A DNA stretch of 64,000 bases from Girardia tigrina (lineage: Eukaryota). Where the stretch lies: NCBI GenBank assembly GCA_001938485.1, contig MQRK01227869.1:1-64000 (forward strand), written 5' to 3'. Within the stretch, counting starts at the first letter, position 1. Each line of letters starts with the position of its first letter. A model generated the notes under the pieces. The model saw nothing but the letters and a program-made list of their open reading frames with translations. It was not told the DNA's origin and made no database searches. This document shows, piece by piece, positions 40,201-52,076 of the stretch. The translations under genes were made by a program, and so were the position numbers.

Positions 40201-41180
40201 AATTGAAAAAAAATTTTTTAAAAATTGGCAAAATATTGATCAATTTTTAAACAAATAAATTCGTAAACAATTTTTAGCTTAATTGAAAATTTGATATATT
40301 TTATTCATCTTTATTTTTTTAAATACACAAATTAATTTAGATAAAATTCATTTTATTATATTTAAATAAAAATTATCAGATTACTTTAATTAAGAGAAAT
40401 AATTTTTCTATAAATCTCAAAAATAAATTCGTGAAATTTATTTAAAAGCTTATTAAATATCTTTTGTATTTAAATTGAATAAAAAATTATTTTAATTATT
40501 ATATTTACAACAGAAATAATTTTACTAAAAAGAAACAAATTTTATATTTTGTTTCCAGCAACAAATTAATGGATTTTATATTTTTAAGGTGCTCTTCTAA
40601 AAGGGATAATCCTAAAGGAAAATGTCTTAAAAGATATTCAAATAACATTCATAAATTATTTATATTTTTAATCAAAAATATTTGAGCGGTTTTTAATTGA
40701 AAGGAATTTTTGAATATATAAAAAACAATTTTTAAATGAATTTTTATTACAATAAACTGAAAAGAAGTACTATTTAATGAAGAGTTTTTCTGTGAGTTAC
40801 ATAAATTACAGTAAAAATGTTGAGCACATTTTGTTAAAAAATATATGCATATAATTTATAATGAATGATATTATAAATTCTTTTGTAACAAAAAACGGAA
40901 AGTCAAAAACGAAGAATATAAGTTTATAAGTTTATAACAAAAAGAAATCGGGTTATTAATAATTTACCAAATAATCGAAAACTATAATTAATTCTAACGT
41001 TTGTTGTCTCTCGTAAATATCGCCCTAAAGAAAGGGCGATAGTAGTGTCCTACTTTCACCAACTTACATATATTTATATTTATTTATATTTACCTAATAT
41101 ATAATTCTTCTAATTTATTATCTAGAACTGATAATGGCATTTTTAATAATAATGAAAAGAAAGTCCAAATTTATTCACAA

Positions 41181-41217
41181 TACATACGCGTTTCACCATT
41201 TCGGCATCTTCAGTGCA
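41181..41217 (-). ncRNA. Minimal type I hammerhead ribozyme (PLE-associated)
   Basis: TGCA-CTGAAGA-T-GCC-GAAAT-GGT-GAAA-CGCG-TA-TGTA: intact core, palindromic stem III ACGCGT, GUA triplet, ~120 bp downstream of the GIY-YIG ORF. Confidence 0.75.
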
Positions 41218-41333
41218 ATGAAATAAAGTGATTAATGACTATTTACATAGTTGAAAACTATTACATCATACGTCTCAAAAACATGCTTTTTTTTCTTTTT
41301 TAAAAAAAAAAGAAAAGTATTTTTAATGATATT

Positions 41334-41708
41334 TTAAAAAACTATAATATGATTAGATGAATCACCTTGCACGTTTAAGCATGGTTTATGATGCTTTATT
41401 AACAATGCTTCGGCAATAATCCTTTCATAATTTATGTCAAAATTATTTAAAATCATTTTAAAATCTTTATTGTAATCCATAAGATTACCTTTACATCTTT
41501 TAATATGGCTCAATATCGAACTATTTTTACTCGATTGAGTATGTTCAGCAATTCTAGTGTGGAGATGACGACTTGTCTCTCCAATGTACAAGGCTTCGCA
41601 CTTGTGACATTTGAATTGATAAATTAGATTTGCCTTAATACACAAAGGAGTTTTTGATTTGTTGGAAAAATAGTGCCGACATTTATTAGTTAAAAAGATT
41701 ACTCTCAA
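41334..41708 (-). mobile_element. Penelope-like element GIY-YIG endonuclease domain (5'-truncated)
   Basis: LIYQFKCHKCEALYIGETSRHLHTRIAEH...AEALLIKHHKPCLNVQ. Confidence 0.9.
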
Positions 41709-42024
41709 TTTTAAGCAAAATATTAAAAAATTTTTATTTTTAAAAATTTTTTTTATATACTTAAAATTTTAAATTAAGTTTTTTTCATAATTCAATAATT
41801 ATTATTTGTCTAAATACCAGACTCTTTTGACCATTTATTTAATACGTGTTTCGGAGACTAAATTAAATAAGTAATTTTATTTTTAAGAAATAACATATAT
41901 ATTAAAATACATTAAGACTTGTTTGTCGTTGTCTAGATTTAAAGATGCGTAATGGAAGTTTGATATCTATTTTAAATTGAAACATGTTGTTTTATTAGGT
42001 TTAAAAAAGATAGTACTTCGAAAA

Positions 42025-42461
42025 CATTTTTGCACATTTTCGTAAGAATCAAAGCGCTGCTGAGCAAGTGCGTGACCCATCGATGCAAACAAATGGTAAT
42101 CTGAAGGTGAATAAGCCGCATGAGGTAAAACTTCCCAATTCATTTCTTCCAACATGGCGCGAACCGGTTTTGATGTATGTGACGAAGCGTTGTCATTGAG
42201 ATGAATAACCTTGTGTTGCCTTTTGAGGTATTCAGGTCTTTTTTGAAGCAGCGAACAGTTTAAATCGACAAACTGTTGTTTGTAACGTTCAGTAATCACC
42301 GTTTCACCGGGTTTTAATAGTTCATAATAAATTACACCCTTCTGGTCCCACCAAACGCAGAGCATTGTCTTTCTGCCAAAGCGATTTGGTCTGGCTGTCG
42401 ATGTGGATGGCGTACCCGGGTCTACCCATGATCTTTTTCGTTTAGGATTATCAAAATAAAT
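42025..42461 (-). pseudogene. Internal fragment of the mauritiana-type mariner transposase, inverted relative to the element at 43751
   Basis: IYFDNPKRKRSWVDPG...MLCVWWDQKGVIYYELLKPGET...YSPSDYHLF; appears identical to 44493-44724 where they overlap; no TIRs. Confidence 0.9.
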
Positions 42462-42540
42462 AAAAAAATGTTTCGTGTAATTTGAGTTTTTCTTATAAAT
42501 ATGAATGACACTGAAAGTAAATATATCGATACTATAATAT

Positions 42541-43743
42541 TAGGGTTTGCAATACCAGTATTACCGGTTTTTGGAAAGAAAGTTAACTTCGGTAATACCG
42601 GTATTATGGAGTTTGAAAACCGGTATTAATATTAAGAATGAAAAACTTTCATCCAAGTACAATATTTATACTCTTTATTTCTGAAATTATTATTTTTTAA
42701 TTTAATTTTTAGTCAACTTTTTTTTTAATTAAATTTGGTTTAGTAATTTAAATTCTTTTTTATTTACAATTTGAAATAGGTTAGTAATTTATTTGTTTAA
42801 TTTTAATATTTTCTATTTAGTATTTTAGTATTTTTAAATTTCTTATTAAAATAAATATGATTTGCTCAGTCAAGGAATTCGCTTTCAATAGTTGTGTGGA
42901 GTAAAATCTATCTATTTTTTTACTTTTTAGTTTTGGGGTTTCGTATTGCGTTTACTAATAAATGTTAATAAATAAATATGATATTTTTAATATAATATAT
43001 ATTTAAACTTTTTAAAATAGAAAAAAAATTAAAGGGGTTAAATAAACAAATAAATAAGCTGTTTTCTAATAAATAAATTTATTTATATAAATAAATTTGA
43101 CAATAAGAGAAAATATCAGGAAGTTCGTGCTGGAGGAATTATCTAAACAAAATAATTAGTTAAGTAGTAAACTAAAGGATATTTTGGTTGAATTCATTGA
43201 TGAAAGACGAACAATATTCTCAGATTTATTGGCTTTCTTACACAATTCAGACAGTTACATAAATGATGACGATGAATATTTTCAAATCTTCAATAAAAAG
43301 TCGAGGACAACTGAACTGAATTGTTGGAACGTTTATATCCTGTGTAAAAAAAGTTAAATGCTGCTGGGGATTTACCAGTTCAAATCATTAACAGTCCAGA
43401 GACAGCGCAGGGATCTGAATCAGAAAATTTGTCAATGAAGGAAAAATTACATTTAATGATTTAAAGAAAAATTGTTTAACTGATAGTACTGAAGCTGAAA
43501 GACGCGAACAAAATATTGAAAACATGCTCAAAACAAAACTAAAACTGTTAGATTGTCTTATCCTTCAACACTTAGGATTATTAGAAAAAGTACTGTCATT
43601 TATATAATATATCAAGACATGAATGATTTTTAAACAGCCTTATTTTTCATGGCCAATACCGGTATTACGGTATTACATAGTTTTGCAAGAAACCAATACG
43701 GGTAATACCGGTATTGGAAATATCCTGTATTCTGCATTCCCTA
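42541..43743 (+). mobile_element. Non-autonomous hAT deletion derivative
   Basis: TIRs TAGGGTTTGCA / TGCATTCCCTA; repeated subterminal AATACCGGTATT at both ends; 8-bp TSD TATAATAT / TTTAATAT (right copy split by the mariner); internal remnant RRTIFSDLLAFLHN. Confidence 0.8.
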
Positions 43744-43750
43744 TTTAATA

Positions 43751-44911
43751 TTAGGTGTACAAGTATGAAATGCGGATTTCAGAAAATGGATTGTGCACAA
43801 TGCAAAAAGTAGGTCAATGGTTAGGCAATGATGTCATAATATTGAGTAATTATGTAGTGTCTCATACGTAACTCATAAATTGATAAAGCGTTTTAATAAT
43901 TGTTGTATTTCTGTGTTTTAGATGTCCAAATTTATGACAAGCAGGGAGCATTCGCGGACGGTACTAATTTTTTATTACCATCTAAAGAAAACTGCTGCTG
44001 AATCATTCCGATTACTCCAAGAAGCTTATGATGAATATGCCCCATCGCAAGATACATGTGAACGATGGTTTCGGCGCTTCCATGGTGGTGACTTTGATGT
44101 TGCAGATAAGGACCATGGGAAACCACNNNNNNNNNNNNNNNNNNNNNNNNNNNNNNNNNNNNNNNNNNNNNNNNNNNNNNNNNNNNNNNNNNNNNNNNNN
44201 NNNNNNNNNNNNNNNNNNNNNNNNNNNNNNNNNNNNNNNNNNNNNNNNNNNNNNNNNNNNNNNNNNNNNNNNNNNNNNNNNNNNNNNNNNNNNNNNNNNN
44301 NNNNNNNNNNNNNNNNNNNNNNNNNNNNNNNNNNNNNNNNNNNNNNNNNNNNNNNNNNNNNNNNNNNNNNNNNNNNNNNNNNNNNNNNNNNNNNNNNNNN
44401 NNNNNNNNNNNNNNNNNNNNNNNNNNNNNNNNNNNNNNNNNNNNNNNNNNNNNNNNNNNNNNNNNNNNNNNNNNNNNNNNNNNNNNNNNNNNGTTCGCTG
44501 CTTCAAAAAAGACCTGAATACCTCAAAAGGCAACACAAGGTTATTCATCTCAATGACAACGCTTCGTCACATACATCAAAACCGGTTCGCGCCATGTTGG
44601 AAGAAATGAATTGGGAAGTTTTACCTCATGCGGCTTATTCACCTTCAGATTACCATTTGTTTGCATCGATGGGTCACGCACTTGCTCAGCAGCGCTTTGA
44701 TTCTTACGAAAATGTGCAAAAATGGGTCGATGAATGGTTCATGGAAAAAAGGAAGACATTTACTGGCGAGGTATCCACAATTTGAGATATAGATGGGATA
44801 AATGAATCATTAGTAATGGAGCATATTTTGAATAAAGCTTTTTTATCGTTCTTTTGTTTTTAACGTATTTCTTTTCAAAATTTAATCCGCATTTCATACT
44901 TGTACACCTAA
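43751..44911 (+). mobile_element. mariner element, mauritiana (Mos1-like) subfamily, defective transposase 43922-44785
   Basis: Perfect 28-bp TIR TTAGGTGTACAAGTATGAAATGCGGATT (close to Mos1 AGGTGTACAAGTATGAAATG), TA TSD. Transposase has YSPSDYHLF instead of YSPDLAPSDYHLF and a C-terminal frameshift; the centre is an N gap. Confidence 0.95.
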
Positions 44912-46151
44912 TATTCTTGGAGGTAGTTGGTATCGCGTAACATTAAGGAAGCCTTAATTGGAGACAATATAGAGGATTTAAATACTAATCCAATTGGATT
45001 CCTTGAGGGGTTTGAAAGTAGTTAGAGGAGTAGTAACGGCTCTCGTTAGGACAAGAAAGGATTGATTACAATAATTGATTGAATCAGCTTGATTGATGAC
45101 CATCAAAAAAGCTTAATAAATTTGAAAAGGATAAAAGAAAATTTTGTCCACTAAATAGTAAATTAATATTTAATCCTAAGCAACTTAACACAAGTTTGAC
45201 AATGAAAATAATTTCAAAAAAAAACAAAGAATAAATATTTTTTCCGATTTATTTAACTTAAAATTAACATAAAAAAATAAAGAAAACAAAAACTTTATAA
45301 AAAAAAGAACAAATTTTTCACAAGTTCACATCGTGTCATTTTAATTCCGTCGGGAAAAATATTTTCCCGCCTTTTATCTAATTAATTAATTATAATTAAA
45401 TAAAATATTTAACAACCCGGTTTTGTTTTTTGGCAATATAATACGACACTGTCAAGCAACCGCAACAGGGGGGGGCGTGCAAGGATGGAGTAATAAAAAT
45501 AAAACCGAACCCCTAACGGAATTCGAAAGTGAATTCTGTTTTACCTGGAGAAATTAGACTGAAAAAAAATATTTCTTTTTCAATTAAAAATAATTTAATG
45601 AAACAAATTTTTATTGAATAATATTTGCAGGCAGTTAATAAATTTATAATTTCTTTGTGATGAATATTCACAGCCTGATTGAACATAACTTCTAATTATA
45701 TATAATGGACTCATCCACTGTTGGAAACACTGATTTATGTGGGCTAAATTTATGGGTTTTTGAAGCAGAGCTGATTGAATAGAGTAATAAAATGAAGCAT
45801 AGTTTTGCTCTAATTTATTGATGCATCAGAGACAAAATTTAGGATGGGATTAATGTCAAGTTTCATTTTAATTCATAATTTTCAAACCGGGACATATGTT
45901 TAGAAACTGGTATTTATTCAGTTAATTCACTCACTTTTGATAAATTATTGAAGTAAATTCATCAAAAAATATAAAAGGTTAATGACAAATTGTTCAGTTT
46001 TCAAAAAAAATTTTTTTATTTTAATATTTTATTTTTTCTATTTGATAAATATTCGTTTTTTCAAGCAGAAATTAATATAAAAATATTAATTAATTTATTA
46101 ATAATTGTTTTTGTTGGAAATATCATGGAGTCATAGGGTGGAGTAAAAGGT

Positions 46152-46538
46152 ATGATTAGTTTGGCTACAACGACACTAATTGATCATCGAATCCAAGGTA
46201 ATGGTACTACGAACGTCCAAGTAGTACAAAGAGAAGAAACAGAAAGACGTACTGGACCTTTGAACTTGAACGCAGACCATGATATGCCAGTGTCTGTCGG
46301 TGTAACTGAGGAGGACTGTCCAAGAGTAATCCCTGGTGTGGTGCTAAATTTTCGGCTGGATAATATAACGGATAAGGAAAAGTTTCATTACCCATTTCCC
46401 CGTTGTACTAAGTGCGTTTATACAACCGGAAGTCTCCAGAATCACGGAACGAATGAACATGACTGGTCATTTCTCAGAGGGAAGCCGAAGAGTGCCCGTG
46501 CATGGAAAGCTCGCACTCTTGCATCTGAAGCCGTGTGA
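46152..46538 (+). pseudogene. Possible N-terminal zinc-finger remnant of an RLE-type non-LTR retrotransposon
   Basis: FHYPFPRCTKCVYTTGSLQNHGTNEH resembles a degenerate C2H2 finger; GC-richer than the flanks. Confidence 0.3.
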
Positions 46539-46897
46539 GAGGATCAGAAAACTTTGTATTTGTCAAATGGTTTCTACCCGATACAGAGTCTATGGTGCAC
46601 CAATGCTGAGTATCATTTGTAATACATAGTTATCCGTAACAGTTGAGAGAGGCTTAATGATCAGTTTGTTTATCGTTTCAAATGATAGAAATAAGTGATA
46701 AAAAGCAATTTTTTTAAAAAATATTTCGCAACAAAGTTTTGGAATTTCGTCATTATTGTGGTGTCATTTTGTAGATTTTGTCTTTTTTTAAAAAAAGTTT
46801 CAAATTAAAATTTATCATACAATTTTAGTTTGTGTGATATTACATTTAAATTTTAATGTATAAAAAAATCAATATCTTTATTAGCGAATTTGGTAAA

Positions 46898-47116
46898 ATG
46901 AACAAATATAATATTGATCAACGAACATTTATGATTTTAACTTATTTTAAAGTGGATTTTTCAGCAGAAGAAACAATGAAATTATTTAAGAAAATGTTTG
47001 GATGGAATCACAAGATAACTAGGTGCACTATAACAAGGAATTATGTAAAGTTTCTTAGAACCGAAAGCATCCTAGATGATACAGAGGCAATGAGAAGAAA
47101 CTATACGCAAAAACTA
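46898..47116 (+). pseudogene. Tc1-like transposase N-terminal HTH (DUF4817-like), truncated
   Basis: MNKYNIDQRTFMILTYFK...F...TITRNYVKFLRTESILDD. Confidence 0.65.
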
Positions 47117-47780
47117 TAGGCTGATCCGAAAGTACGATGGTAGTAGCAGGTTGTAAAGTTTTTGGTGTTTGTAGAATTTGTTCTGTTGAGTCGTTGCTTG
47201 AGGAGGTTTATTTCGGTCGTCAGATTGAGTAGTTGGGTCGTCGGCGGTATTGACTGTATATTGTGATGTCACTTGGGTCAGATCGTCGGCCAGTTTCACC
47301 AAATCGTCTAAAGAATTAGAATCTCTACCTGTCAGATATTTCTGGATGTCGACGGCGAGTGATTTGAGGAAAACGTTTCGCAGAATGTGATCATTAGGTG
47401 ATTGCATTCCGAGTTGCTGATAGTGTCCCCGGAGGATGCGTAAGTGTTCCTTTGGGCGACGATCTCCGAGTTGTGTAATGTTGAATAGTCGGTCGAAGTG
47501 TGGGGAGATTGGGACCTGTCGGAGTTTAATCATTGCCCGTTGGAGGTCGGAATACGGAGTGTTTGATGATTCTGTGAACCATTCTTGAAGCTCGATGAGG
47601 ATGGCTGGAGGAAAGCTGACCATGACGTGGAGGAATTTGCTGGTTTCGCTTGTTATTCCGGAAATTTACACGGCTTCGACTTGAGGAAACCACATTTCTG
47701 TATCATCGAAGTATTGTGGCGGTTTTGTTGTCACGTTGTTGCATTCGATCAACGCGTCGCTTCTGACACCAGTTTTGTAA
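47114..47780 (-). mobile_element. Ty3/gypsy gag (DUF7041-type) remnant with PBS
   Basis: KPPQYFDDTEMWFPQVEA...GITSETSKFLHV...LGDRRPKEHLR...FLKSLAVDIQKYL...LVKLADDL; upstream TTACA-AAAC-TGGTGTCAGAAG (tRNA-Leu-type PBS) at 47757-47780. Confidence 0.85.
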
Positions 47781-49005
47781 TCATTCATTTTTATATAAAA
47801 TGATAAGACTAAGTCATAAATCAAAACTTTATTTTTAAAAATACAAAATTACAAAAAAAATACTTTTATATCAATTTTGTTTGCTGGCATCATCTAATGA
47901 ATCATCTAATTGCATTTGCGCAATTTGACCTTTTTGTGCAATATTGTTCAGGTTGATGTGATATCATCAACTAACTCTTGCACAATCGTGAAAGTAAAGT
48001 AGTTACTTTACAATGGATATTTGGGAAAGATTTTCAATATTTTCAATGGTAAATTGTAGAGAAGACAAAAGGATGTATGAGGATATAGAAGACCATTTTC
48101 ATCTCTATTAATACGAAGGTAGGCTCGAACTGCTCGCTGGAAACGAATAGTGATTTCTAATTATCTTTTAATTAAAATATCAAAAGAAGTAAGCTCAAGG
48201 TCTGAGAATTGGTGTTTCAGTTCAAGAAGACAAAACATCAAATTGCTCTCGGTCTCAGATTAGACTAAATGCATTCGTATTTTGCAAAATATTCTCGATT
48301 GATCAGCTAAACCACTATGGACAAATAGTACTTATATTCTTATAAAAAAGCAAAGAACATTTAATATAAAGATTTAGTTAAAGTTTAAAAACACATTTAA
48401 AGTATTTTTTTTAAATAAGAAATGGACATTTTGCTGCATTGGCAAACGTGATCGATTAGGTTAGTCGGTGATTAACAAGGGTTGAATTAGTTTGCAGGAA
48501 GAACAGAAGTTGTGGAGATTAAAAGCATATAAAATACGATAAGATACAGAGATAACATTGTTCTTCCGTTTGTTGTTTCAAAAGTAAAAAACAGTATTTT
48601 GCTTTCCTAAAAAAGAATACCCGATCACTTGTCGTATTACTTGTGAAAAAGAGGAAAGTCGAGCATGACATTGTTGCTCTGCATTTTCCTGCTCTTAGTT
48701 TCGACCTTTTACAAATCGATGATCTCTGGAAAAACTTTAGTAAAACGTTTTCCAATCCTCAACTTATTCAGTTCAAACTTATATGACTTAACAGGATCAA
48801 CATATACTGAATGAGTGATATTTATGCCACAATAAAAAGGTAAAGATTAGTTTTGAACATGGCGTCACTATGGTGGTAACAGCTGTTAAAAAAACTTATA
48901 TTTTTCAATACAACATATTAAACATGTGTGAATTATTTCTTTTAGTCAACTATATTCTCCGGTTCTGTTTTACCATTTGTTGGGTTTTTATTATCTTTTT
49001 ATGTA

Positions 49006-49230
49006 TTATTTCTTTTTTATTATAAACCCAACACATTGTTTTGACACGAACATCTTATAGCTTTCCTCTTCTAATACAGGCAAATAGTTCATATCGTACC
49101 CGATTAGGTTCATCTGGCCCAATGATTTACCAGTGAACAAAATCAAATACCTTCCGGGTTCCTCGTAAACTTTTTTTTGTAAATATTCATCCATCTCCTG
49201 TCTAGAGGAACAAATCTCTATTGATATCAT
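49006..49230 (-). CDS. Hypothetical 74-aa ORF of unknown family
   Basis: ATG-initiated with protein-like composition (MISIEICSSRQEMDEYLQKKVYEEPGRYLILFTGK...); no recognised motif. Confidence 0.25.
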   Translation of the reverse strand: MISIEICSSRQEMDEYLQKKVYEEPGRYLILFTGKSLGQMNLIGYDMNYLPVLEEESYKMFVSKQCVGFIIKKK

Positions 49231-49476
49231 GTTGCTTTATATTTTGATGATTTCTTATATTTCTACTGAATAATCTTTAAATATTTTAAAAGAATATAAA
49301 TAAACTTAGAAACATAAATGTTCATCAATTATCCGATATTGATATTAAAAATTTAACAATGACAACAACAAAATGTTGAGGTTCATGGATGTTTGATTAT
49401 TAGACTCATCGACGGTGACATTTAAGATGTTCTATAGAGAACAATTTATTTCGACTTCCAGATCATCAATATACTC

Positions 49477-49725
49477 GGCAGGCACTATGAACACCCGCCG
49501 GTAACTATCAACTGATCATCTGTCTTCAATTCCTTTTTAAGATCTTTTCATATTCACTGCTAGATCGTTAACAATCACGACAGGCACTATGAGCACCTGC
49601 CGGTAACTATCAACTGATCGGCTGTCTTCAAATCTCTTTCAAGATCTTTTTCTTATTCACAGCCAGATCGTTAACAATCACGTCAGACACTATGAGCACC
49701 TGCCGGTAACTATCAACTGATCGGC
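49477..49725. repeat. ~102-bp tandem repeat (about 2.4 units) plus a diverged partial unit near 49963
   Basis: GGCACTATGAGCACCTGCCGGTAACTATCAACTGATC-like at 49481, 49583 and 49686; related CGGCAGGCACTATAAGCTCCTGTCG at ~49963. Confidence 0.9.
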
Positions 49726-49999
49726 TCCCAGCAATATATTTTAGCATATGTCCAATTTATATCTATACTCCACCAACCTCTAAAAACAATTAAAATTAAA
49801 AAACTCACAAAAACTGAAGATTGAAAAATTTATTAATTTGTAATCAACAACTAGACTAAAAACTTTCTGAACAAATAACAGATTCAAATGAATTTATAGT
49901 AATTCTTTTTTTCGAAATTTTCACATAAATATCGAGATCGCTGGACTTTGTGTCAACAGTTTCGGCAGGCACTATAAGCTCCTGTCGTTATCTGTCGAC

Positions 50000-50300
50000 A
50001 ACAAAGTCTAAATCAATTAAGTAAGTTTTTGTTTTAATCAAATAAAAATAACAAAATTTTCATTTAGATAAACAACGATCAAAGGTCAGATAGATCAAGT
50101 AAGTTTTCTAATTACATAGATAATAATTGTTTTTGTTAATTTCAGGATCAAAGGTGGAATCAATTAGGTAAGCTTTTTATTCAATTAATTTTAATAATCA
50201 TATTTTTTATTTCAGATCAAAGTTCAAAATCAATTAAGGTTATTTTAATTAATTAATATTATATTTATTTAATAATCATTATACTTTATTTCAGATCTCG
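50000..50300 (+). other. Tandem micro-exon / mini-intron array
   Basis: Candidate introns 50021-50067, 50099-50145, 50168-50215 (GTAAG...TTYAG, 47-48 nt) and 50239-50294, separating similar 31-, 22- and 23-nt exons (ATCAAAG..AATCAATTA). Confidence 0.55.
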
Positions 50301-51806
50301 AGAAATTTTCCATCAAACTCAGTGCCCCCGTAATGAATCGGCCTGATGTTGATTGAGAAATTTCTCGTTCCCAACACATTAGTTTATTATACACTGTATC
50401 TTGTACAAGTTTATTTTTTTATAAAAACAGATGAGTTAAAATGGCTTTAACATGAAAGTAGGGTCCTGTGTGATTCAAGAACAACGTATCATTCGACATT
50501 ATGTTTAAAATTGGTAATATTATTTTTGACCATTATATGCATTTCTATAGATTTATTTTGCTCATTTGTATAACTCATTTTGATAGGAATAACACATGCT
50601 AAAATGCACATATTCTACAGAAAAATGTTTAATAATACTTTTAAAATATTTCTTATATATACTTTAATAACAATTTATTTGCATTGATTGTGGTTTATTT
50701 CCACCACAAAAATTTTATTCTAAATTATAAAAATAATTATTTTATATATTTAACATTAAATTATATTTTAATATTATCCGATAATAATATTAATTTCTAT
50801 ACAATTAGTTTTTGTAATAAAAATAACGATTAATGGTTAATTTATTATTTATTAAAATAATAAAAAAAATATTATTATTTTATTATATTTTATTTATTAG
50901 TTTTATGTTAAAAATGATTTAATAAAATCTGATTTGAAACTTTAGTTAAAGAGAACAGATGAAATTAATTTCACAAAAATAAATTTAATTTAAACAGAAT
51001 AAATTTCTTTTAATATCTGAATATTTAATTAGTTATTTCTTTGATTTTAATATTTTTAAATTACTTTTAAATTAAATGAATAAACATAATCTTTTATTTA
51101 AAAACATTAAATATTAGATATTATTCTATCGTAATATCAATCGATAACAAAAATTTTAATCTAAAGATCATTTTTAAATCTTATAAAATACAAAGTATTT
51201 TCAGCAATAAATCTCAAACTCATTGAGATTTGTGTTCCAATCTTGTTTATCAATATTCTTGTAATGGGCACTAAAACGGTGCGAGTAGGAGGCTTATCGA
51301 ATTCAGGCAAACAGTTCTGCTAAGTTGAATTGAACCAAGAGGATCGGTGACTGTATCCCTGATAAGCAGAAAGCACTAGACAATCACCGGTAAAAATCAG
51401 ATTACCGAGCTACCATCTTGCCTCGCTTAATCTGATGGGTCCAACTACGGTCATCAATAAAACTAGCCACGCGACCGACCATCCTCCAATCCGATGTCTC
51501 TAACAAATTATATCAAGCAAAAAAACTCAGAAGATGAACAACAAGCTGTATTAGATCGCAAACATATTCACAATTGCTAATCATTTTTGTGTCTATTTTA
51601 AATTTCGTGACCAATTTGTATTTTTCGTTATGTGCAATTAAACAAAAGCTTTATTTTTGAATTTGTGATTTTATTTACAAATTTTACATTTTTTAATATA
51701 CTGATGCGAGAGTGTTTGCAGCGTTTATGTGGTTGCGGCACGTCTGAGTTGGGGGGCGGACTCCGGGTCGTGAGGAAAAACTAATCATGATCTTACTTGA
51801 AGATTC

Positions 51807-52076
51807 CACACTTTTAAATCGGAATTTTGCACATCGAGAAGTAAAAGGATCGATGATTCGTGATACATAAATGTAGATCAAACAAAACCATAACGCAGAC
51901 TGAGTGATAGATGCCATTGAATCAGTGTCTTTCAGATTATCTGTCACAGCAACATGCGAGAACTTTTTTAATTTCCCTCGAATAATGGTGATTCCTCTTT
52001 CATCGGACGAGATCAATTCGAGCACTCTAATCCGATAATGTCTCAGTCCAAATAATTCTTTCGCAGCGGCCAAATT
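51807..52076 (-). pseudogene. RFC4: Replication factor C subunit 4 fragment, intronless, internally deleted
   Basis: LAAAKELFG...RVLELISSDERGI.IIR.K.K.F...DSM...Q.AL..FCLI..YVSRIIDPFTSRCAKFRFK matches RFC4; Walker A is absent, and Walker B (IILDEA) and RRTME are deleted. Confidence 0.85.

Noticed and set aside
44012-44609. Alternative long ORFs across the mariner gap
   Set aside because: Open only because of the N run.
49477-49725. CRISPR-like repeat-spacer appearance
   Set aside because: The intervening sequences are also homologous, there are no cas genes, and the context is eukaryotic; an ordinary tandem repeat.
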